Of a stretch of 64,000 bases of DNA, positions 57,380 to 64,000 are shown piece by piece. Made by a program: the position numbers and the translations under genes. The stretch's first letter is position 1. The number at the start of each line of letters is the position of its first letter. Under the pieces are notes generated by a model. The model was not told the DNA's origin. It made no database searches and saw only the letters and a program-made list of their open reading frames with translations. The stretch comes from an uncultured Acidimicrobiia bacterium (GTDB taxonomy: Bacteria > Acidobacteriota > Terriglobia > Versatilivoradales > Versatilivoraceae): the NCBI GenBank assembly GCA_963786955.1, contig CAWBAT010000005.1, forward strand, positions 736,001-800,000. Reading direction: 5' to 3'.

Positions 57380-57988
57380 TTACTTCGACACAAAGGAATT
57401 CCCTTTAATATAAAACCTCCATGATTTTGAAAGCCACGGCTCTGGTGTCTTGCCGAGTCCGATCCGAGGAGAAGCGATGATCTCTCTGTCATCGGGTTTT
57501 ACTCCGGGTTCGATCCTGAGCGAAGATGCTTTCTCACAAAAATCTAAACCATTTTCAGCTTTTTGGATGGCCATCGCCTGAGTGAGACGACCGGGGCCCT
57601 TGCAGAGCAGCGAAATCTCGTTCATTCCACGCAAATGGCGCATGACCTCGATTCCTTCGATGGGTTCAACGGCTCGAATGAGGACCGCTGCCGGAAACCC
57701 TTCCTTCTCTGCCACGACGTTTAGCATCCAATGCATCCCATAAGTAAAGTAAACGTAAGCAAAGCCGGGAGGCCCATACATGATTTCCGTTCTCTTTGTC
57801 CGGCCAGCTTTAGCATGACAGGCGAGGTCCTCTTCCCCTCGATACGCCTCTGCTTCAACAATTCTGCCCGAGAGCCGAGTCCCATTCGATTGCCGGACCA
57901 GCAGACACCCAAGCAAATCGCGAGCCACAACTTCTGTGCGGCGCAGGAAGAAGGAGCGTGGTATTGAAGTTTGTGAATTCCGTCTCAT
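57380..57988 (-). CDS. mpg: DNA-3-methyladenine glycosylase (MPG/AAG)
   Basis: VARDLLG, IVEAEAY, YVYFTYGMHW, AVLIRA, GPGRL, PRIG. Confidence 0.95.
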   Translation of the reverse strand: MRRNSQTSIPRSFFLRRTEVVARDLLGCLLVRQSNGTRLSGRIVEAEAYRGEEDLACHAKAGRTKRTEIMYGPPGFAYVYFTYGMHWMLNVVAEKEGFPAAVLIRAVEPIEGIEVMRHLRGMNEISLLCKGPGRLTQAMAIQKAENGLDFCEKASSLRIEPGVKPDDREIIASPRIGLGKTPEPWLSKSWRFYIKGNSFVSK

Positions 57989-58028
57989 CGTTCAGCCGTT
58001 TGGGAAGACCGACCTTCTTTGAGAATAC

Positions 58029-59066
58029 TTACTCTACCCAGTCCGCTATGAAAACGTTTGTTTCTCCCCGTACTTTTCCATTTCGGTTGGAAGCAAACAC
58101 GAGTTTCTTGCCGTCGGGAGAGAACATGGGGAAGCCGTCAAAAGTTTCATTGAAAGTAATCTGCTCGAGTCCCGAGCCATCCAGGCTAATCAGGAACAAA
58201 TCAAAGTTCCTGCCCTTAGGGTCTTGGACATTTGACGAGAAGATGATCTTCCTTCCGCTGGGATGAAAAAAAGGACAAAAAGTTGCTGCATGAAACGAGG
58301 TGATTTGAGTGGAGTGAGAGCCGTCCGCATCCATGACAAATAGCTCCAATTCCCGAGGCTCGATCAGATTTTGGGCTAGCAACTCTTTGTAATGAGCCAG
58401 AGCTTTTTCGTCGGCTGGATGATGAGCCCGATAGACGATCTTTTGGCTATCCGGAGAGAAGAAAGCACCCCCGTCGTACCCGGGTGTCCGTGTCAGGCGG
58501 CGAACATCCGTACCATCCGTCTTCATAGAATAGAGTTCCAGATCTCCATCCCGAACGGAGGTAAAGACAATTCTTTTCCCATCCGGGGAAATCGTTGCCT
58601 CGGCATCATAGCCGGGGGTTGTCGTGAGTCGCTTTAATTTTCCGCTGAGATCGGAAAGAAAAATGTCGTAATCCTTCTCAAGGGACCAGACATAACCGCG
58701 GGAATAATCCGGCTTGGGTGGGCAAGCCTCTCCTCCCAAGTGGGTTGAGGAATAAATAAAATGCTGCCCGTCTGGAAGGAAGTAAGAACAAGTCGTTCGC
58801 CCTTTCCCTGTGCTGACCCGGTGGACGTCACTGCCATCACCATTCATGATGTAGATCTGATCACAGGGCCACTCGCCGCGGGTGGATTGAAAGATTAATT
58901 TCTTTCCATCAAACGAGAAATAAGCCTCCGCGTTTTCGCCACCAAATGTCAATTGACGGATGTTCTTAAGGTGTTTCTCAGGGCTGGATAATTCTTGAGC
59001 AGCAGGCTTCATCGAAAAGAAAGCGACCGGGAATAGAAGAGCAAGTATCAGTTGGCGAATAGTCAT
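58029..59066 (-). CDS. TolB-like PD40 beta-propeller protein, secreted
   Basis: QLTFGGENAEAYFS, PGYDAEATISPDG, GYDGGAFFSPD, FDGFPMFSPDG. Confidence 0.9.
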   Translation of the reverse strand: MTIRQLILALLFPVAFFSMKPAAQELSSPEKHLKNIRQLTFGGENAEAYFSFDGKKLIFQSTRGEWPCDQIYIMNGDGSDVHRVSTGKGRTTCSYFLPDGQHFIYSSTHLGGEACPPKPDYSRGYVWSLEKDYDIFLSDLSGKLKRLTTTPGYDAEATISPDGKRIVFTSVRDGDLELYSMKTDGTDVRRLTRTPGYDGGAFFSPDSQKIVYRAHHPADEKALAHYKELLAQNLIEPRELELFVMDADGSHSTQITSFHAATFCPFFHPSGRKIIFSSNVQDPKGRNFDLFLISLDGSGLEQITFNETFDGFPMFSPDGKKLVFASNRNGKVRGETNVFIADWVE

Positions 59067-59300
59067 GGCAGGGAAGTTTTTAACGGGGGAAAATGCGGAC
59101 GAGACGCCTGCGCCCCCGGTTTGATTCATCGAATTGAAAATGGCTCCATAAACTCCGTGCGACAGAGTTATTATACATCCAGCAACCCTTTATACTGACT
59201 ACTGCGAACGTGCAAAGGTTTGCGGAAATTGCCGTAGCCGAGCACGTTGACCAATGCGCGCTAACTTTATAAGGCTTTCCTCGCCTGCCGCAGGAAGAAC

Positions 59301-59802
59301 GAAACGCCAAGAGCGCCAAGTACACCAAGAAAAGGGGATACACCTCGGTCAGCGGCCTGATCTTAACCTACCCGTAGTTCTTCAGGATGCTTTCTGGCTA
59401 CCCGCTGGATGCCGTCGCGCAACAAAATCGCGTTCCAATTGATGATCAACCCCAAAGACAAGCCGCTCAATTTCAAGTATGTCAGCAACTGAGCGAGGTG
59501 GATGGGGAGAACTTTTTCGACCGTCTGGTTTTCCACCAACACCAATTGGTCGATTCGCATGTCGATGCGGCAACCGACCTCAATAAGCACCCCTGCAAAC
59601 TCTAGCGGAAAAGCGACTTGGCATTCGACCTGGTGGCGACGTCTTTGGAGCTCTTGTGCCAGACAAGCCTGATAGGCCGATTCCAGCAGCCCGGGCCCCA
59701 AGGCGCGAGGCACCCTGAGTACAGCGTAACAATATCCTGAGCTACTTCGTCGGCGGACATGAAGGCTCCAACTCTTGGCGAACTTTGCGTTCTTGGCGTT
59801 TC
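59301..59802. mobile_element. GxxExxY cassette bounded by inverted 9-bp repeat arrays (copy G)
   Basis: GAAACGCCAAG AGCGCCAAG TACACCAAG on the left, CTTGGCGAA CTTTGCGTT CTTGGCGTTTC on the right, with one gene between. Confidence 0.75.
59363..59760 (-). pseudogene. GxxExxY protein (PD-(D/E)XK-like), probably decayed
   Basis: LGPGLLESAY, RID, VENQTV, AQLLTYLKLS, GLIINW. GGAG-ATG at 59760 (MSADEVAQDIV) is one base out of frame, and ExK appears as ENQ. Confidence 0.85.
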
Positions 59803-59955
59803 CCAATTCTGGGCCTCATCTGCTCAACCGAGGATCCCCGAATGAACCCATCATCCAAGCTTTGGTTAGCACTTATGGGTTGTTGACCCTGGCCGACCCC
59901 AGAGGAGCCATGGATGACACGATCTTCTGATACTTAGGATTGGCTCCAACCTGCG

Positions 59956-61320
59956 TCAGCCGGTCACAGCCCGGATGCTCTCGTATGTGGCTTCGAGTAA
60001 TTCACTCAGCTGTTTCTTCGTGATGCTGAGCGGTGGCATGATGACGATCACATCCCCTAAGGGACGAAGAATAACACCCCTTTGGCGGGCCTCCAAGATC
60101 ACTTGGTGGCCAACACGCGCATTTGAGGGATAGGGAGTGCGCTGCTTCTTGTCTCGGACCAGCTCAATCCCTACGATGAAACCGGCTTGCCTAATATCTC
60201 CCACATGAGGAAGCATCTCAAACGCTTTGAGCTGATTTGAAAGATAGCGGATTTTAGGTTGGAGGCGACGTAATGTTCTCTCCTCTCGAAATATCCGCAG
60301 GTTCGCGAGTGCGGCGGCACACGCCACCGGGTTACCGGTATAGGTGTGGCCGTGAAAAAAGGACTTAAACTCCGAATGCTCCCCCAGGAAGCCATCAAAG
60401 ATCTCCTCAGTGGTCAGCGTCGCAGCTAATGGCAAGATACCTCCGCTGAGTCCTTTGGCGAGAGCTAAAAAATCCGGACGGACTTTTTCACGCTCGCAGG
60501 CAAACATCGTCCCAGTCCGTCCAAAGCCTGTTGCCACTTCATCCAGAATCAGATGAACCTGGTATTTCCGGCATTCTCTTTCAATCTGTTTCAAAAACCC
60601 CGGCGGCATGGTCAGCATTCCGGCAGCCCCTTGGATGGCGGGTTCAACGACGACCGCACAGACTTCCTGGTGATGAGCTTGCAGGGTTTCTCTAAAATCC
60701 TTGAAGCAATAAATGTCGCACGAATGCACTTCCTTCCCGAAGGGGCAACGATAACAAGACGGGTAGAAGGATTTGATCGAATGAAACAACAAGGGCTTGA
60801 ACATCTTGTGGAATAGGTCAACCCCGCCCAAACTCACCGAGCCAAGAGTGTCTCCGTGGTAGGCATTGGTAAAGGAAACAAAGGTGCGTTTTCGCGAATG
60901 GGCCTTTCCTTTTTGCCTCCAATATTGGAACGACATCTTCAGTGCCACTTCCACTGCCGTTGAGCCATCATCCGAATAAAATACTCTGGAAAGATTCGCT
61001 GGTGCGAATCGCAACAGTGCTTCTGCCAGTTCGATGGCAGGAATGTTCGACAGTCCGAGAAAGGTGCTGTGATCTAGTCGGCTGACTTGTTTTCGAACTG
61101 CTTGAATCAGGGTGGGATGACGATGGCCGTGAATATTAGCCCACAACGAGGAAACGCCATCCATGTATTTCTTTCCTTGGACGTCGTAGAGATATACGCC
61201 TTTAGCTCGTTCAATCACGAGCTGAGGGGCATTCTGCCATTCCCTCATTTGAGTGAAGGGATGCCACAAGTGAGACTTGTCAGCAGATTCGTAATCTTTA
61301 GGGGTGCGTTTGGATTTCAT
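59956..61320 (-). CDS. bioA: Adenosylmethionine-8-amino-7-oxononanoate aminotransferase
   Basis: HLWHPFTQM, DGVSSLW, YSDDGSTAVEVALK, YHGDT, DEVATGFGRTG, AKGLSGG. Confidence 0.96.
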   Translation of the reverse strand: MKSKRTPKDYESADKSHLWHPFTQMREWQNAPQLVIERAKGVYLYDVQGKKYMDGVSSLWANIHGHRHPTLIQAVRKQVSRLDHSTFLGLSNIPAIELAEALLRFAPANLSRVFYSDDGSTAVEVALKMSFQYWRQKGKAHSRKRTFVSFTNAYHGDTLGSVSLGGVDLFHKMFKPLLFHSIKSFYPSCYRCPFGKEVHSCDIYCFKDFRETLQAHHQEVCAVVVEPAIQGAAGMLTMPPGFLKQIERECRKYQVHLILDEVATGFGRTGTMFACEREKVRPDFLALAKGLSGGILPLAATLTTEEIFDGFLGEHSEFKSFFHGHTYTGNPVACAAALANLRIFREERTLRRLQPKIRYLSNQLKAFEMLPHVGDIRQAGFIVGIELVRDKKQRTPYPSNARVGHQVILEARQRGVILRPLGDVIVIMPPLSITKKQLSELLEATYESIRAVTG

Positions 61321-61425
61321 TGGAGGAAATCAGTGCTATTCTCCAATGAGAATGGATATCGAATAGAATGGCATTCGGCACTACAGCAAAATGAATCCGA
61401 AAGACGGGATGAGACAGTACCTTTC

Positions 61426-61917
61426 TCAAGTCTTGGACTTGTCGTCAGGTCCCTTCTCTTTGAGGGACCGGTCGTAGTATTGCGTGATGTCCCCTTTGGA
61501 ATATTGGACTCCCAAGACTGTAAAATCCACTAAGGCAGATTTCACCACAAACATGAGTCGATTGTTACTGTTCGGGTCGGGGGGCTTTAAGTAAAAACCA
61601 TCTTCCACGAGAAACTTAATCGTATTGGCGACGATGCCCTCGATGGATTCGCTATCCAGGAAATGCAAACGGACCCACAGGCCATCGATCTTTGGTTGGC
61701 TCTCAAAGAACTTGACCTCTGAATACTCTTTGTCTCCGGAAAATTTCCGGACAAAGAAGAGCGCTTTGACATCCCGCTTGGAGATCTGAATTGTTTCCTC
61801 AGTCAAAGAGGCGATCGTGAGTTGATCCGCCGTAAGCAGATCGGGTGTGCCTTCAATATACCCTTTCAGGACTTCCCCATTCAGTTTTCTGAGAATCACT
61901 TTTCGTTTCTCGTCCAT
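61426..61917 (-). CDS. Conserved hypothetical protein (DUF6982-like)
   Basis: KVILRK...KGY, KALFFVRKF, GLWVRLHF.D.E.IEG, PPDPNSNN. Confidence 0.65.
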   Translation of the reverse strand: MDEKRKVILRKLNGEVLKGYIEGTPDLLTADQLTIASLTEETIQISKRDVKALFFVRKFSGDKEYSEVKFFESQPKIDGLWVRLHFLDSESIEGIVANTIKFLVEDGFYLKPPDPNSNNRLMFVVKSALVDFTVLGVQYSKGDITQYYDRSLKEKGPDDKSKT

Positions 61918-62063
61918 AGATCCTCTGGAAAGAATTCCGCTCTGCGCTTTATCCTTTAAGCCAATGGTTCATCCCGCTAGTTTCATCGGCACCATATCAT
62001 GAAGTCAAAGAAATCCGAAATCAAGGTCGTTTTAGAAATCACTCCAGACGCCGTTGTGGTAAC

Positions 62064-62166
62064 TAATACAAACGCATTAAATTGGCGTCGCAATCTCGCT
62101 TGGGTAGCCACGCTGAGCAAAGCGAGGCGTGGGTGATTCGTAACAATACATAATGCGTTTGTATTA
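62064..62166. repeat. 103-bp MITE-like element with perfect 16-bp IRs and an internal GTAG REP
   Basis: TAATACAAACGCATTA ... TAATGCGTTTGTATTA enclosing GGGTAGCCACGC..GCGTGG. Confidence 0.75.
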
Positions 62167-62357
62167 ATATTGTTCTGGTGACAAGAGCGAAACAGTTTTA
62201 CTCAACAAACCTTCCTTGAGATGAGCATTATACGCATGGGGCAGGGAGGGGACAACTAAGTTATAAAGAGAGGCCACTGGAATCCGGAAAGGGGATCCGC
62301 TTGATATCTCAGCGGAGAATAAGTGATAATCGTGCGGCCCTCTAAGTTCCCCCTTGC

Positions 62358-62447
<90 letters not shown>

Positions 62448-62498
62448 ATTATTTCAATCATTTAAACGAGTATTTTTGGCAAGAGACTGGAAGTCTTT

Positions 62499-62822
62499 TC
62501 AAGCGGAAATATTGGCTGGTGCTGGCTTATACCCTGAAACCAGGGCTTCCTTGGAATCACTTGAAACCGGGTCATGGTCAAGCGTAATCCCCAAAGTCTC
62601 TAACAACCTCTTTGTCTGCCCCTCAAGCTTGTTGAGGATACGCTTTCTTTTCTTGAAACTCGTCCTATCCCCAATGATCTTCATGTTCCCCCTGTACTTC
62701 TGAGCAATACTTTCGAGCGCTTCAACGAAGCTGAGTAGCTTGCAGATCCTCTGCAAGCACTCCAGTTGGTCTTTGTTAAAGACAGAACTGCTTTTGTCTC
62801 GACTCCGCTGGCTCAGTAACAT
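62499..62822 (-). CDS. Hypothetical protein
   Basis: 107-aa ORF with a GAGGG-like RBS; predicted helical; no motif. Confidence 0.45.
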   Translation of the reverse strand: MLLSQRSRDKSSSVFNKDQLECLQRICKLLSFVEALESIAQKYRGNMKIIGDRTSFKKRKRILNKLEGQTKRLLETLGITLDHDPVSSDSKEALVSGYKPAPANISA

Positions 62823-63344
62823 GGACGCTTCCCTCGGCTTTCCATGTTTTAAGTTTGTCGGGCAGAGAAGGCGGAAAAGTTCCTTCCTTTTCGGGGATCA
62901 GCCTATCCCGACAAATCAAATTACGGTCTATTTTTTCTTGCTATTCGCCTTAGTCAACGCAATTCAGAGGGCACGAAAACCAAGAAGGGCAGTAGTGCTT
63001 AAGCCACTTTGATGCCAGGGGGAAGTCATATGGGGTCGTCACAGGATGTATGGACTCAATCACTTTCCGCCTCTGCAGTGTCAAGGCCAATTACCCCTAA
63101 GAAGGGCAAAATGACCCAATATCCTCTGGAGATTAGGCCGATAGTCAAGGAAACCTATTGAATTTGTTGGCTCTTGCAGATTGGAACCTTCCCTGCAAAT
63201 GGGTTAGATGATGTGGATGAAAGTCTCGCGGTTTGTCCAAAATGAAGATTTCGGTTGGTGGTGACATAAGTTATAGATTCTTATTGATCCTAGGATCTGT
63301 AACACAATGACCAACAATAGGATCTGCATGGCGGAGGTCAAAAA

Positions 63345-63386
63345 ATGAAAAGACTAATCACCTACATTCGAGCAGTCCGCCAATGA
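63345..63386 (+). CDS. 13-aa micro-ORF MKRLITYIRAVRQ
   Basis: GGAGGT RBS; its TGA overlaps the next ATG (ATGA). Confidence 0.5.
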   Translation: MKRLITYIRAVRQ

Positions 63387-64000
63387 GGACTCTCGTCGTC
63401 ATACCGACTCTCATGCTCGATTGCTCGTTTTCCGCGCCGCTTGCCTGGATGTTCGCCAAGCATGCCGACAGAGTAAAGGGAGTATACGGTTTCGAACTGA
63501 CACGGGATATGGTTCTGGAACACGAGCAATTCATCATCGAGCTCAATTGGTTTGTCACATTGCATGAGTTTGGGCTGATTGTGGATTTCATCAGAACTCA
63601 CAATCGGTCGGCGAAGATACTATTCGGTGGAATGTATGCAGGCATTCGGTACCAGGACATATTCCAGCGATACGACGTGGACTACTTCATCCTCGGCGAC
63701 AATGAGCTGCCGATTCAGCTGTTCGTCGAATCCGTAGCGCCCCAGAAGATCCCGAATTGTGTCGGACGCGAGTTTGCGAACCCCATTTCCTACACGTTCA
63801 CCGAGGAGCAATATGGCCACTTGGACTTTGATCTAAGTTGGTTTCCGAGCTACTTCAAATACAGAACGCTGGACGACCAATTCCTTTTGCCCCACATTAT
63901 CACGACCAAGGGTGGCTGCAACGCCGTCCATGATGGATGCGGCTATTGCATGGGATCAAAACGTCAAGAACTCCGGCGCCTTTACAATAGGCCGCCGATT
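63383..64000 (+). CDS. B12-binding-domain radical SAM protein (partial, runs off the window)
   Basis: Hand translation open to the window end: KILFGGMYA, DVDYFILGDNE, KIPN, TTKGGCNAVHDGCGYC. Confidence 0.8.
   Translation, partial: MRTLVVIPTLMLDCSFSAPLAWMFAKHADRVKGVYGFELTRDMVLEHEQFIIELNWFVTLHEFGLIVDFIRTHNRSAKILFGGMYAGIRYQDIFQRYDVDYFILGDNELPIQLFVESVAPQKIPNCVGREFANPISYTFTEEQYGHLDFDLSWFPSYFKYRTLDDQFLLPHIITTKGGCNAVHDGCGYCMGSKRQELRRLYNRPPI

Noticed and set aside
35264-59802. CGCCAAG repeats as a CRISPR array
   Set aside because: They are 9-bp tandem units in dispersed inverted pairs, with no regular repeat-spacer array and no cas genes.

Overview
A 64-kb bacterial chromosome window. The gene repertoire suggests Acidobacteriota, but this is an inference. 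It holds housekeeping genes (guaB, secA, pyc, apgM, bioA, tRNA-Ser(TGA), apaG, mpg), two tandem paralog pairs (GH28-like, PQQ-like beta-propeller), a clipped ECF-sigma/Ser-Thr kinase module, an arsR-arsM pair, and an 8-gene membrane-linked polyamine (aminopropyl-transfer) operon. A B12-binding radical SAM gene with a coupled 13-aa micro-ORF begins at the right edge. About 15 genes are broken by single-base indels, most likely long-read consensus errors. The strongest unexplained signal is a family of seven intergenic elements bounded by inverted arrays of a 9-bp repeat (consensus nnCGCCAAG). One brackets a GxxExxY (PD-(D/E)XK-like) gene, one carries a remnant of a GxxExxY 3' end, and two are ~135-bp homologues in opposite orientations. 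This suggests a GxxExxY-associated mobile or selfish repeat system. Several other REP/MITE-like families are also present.
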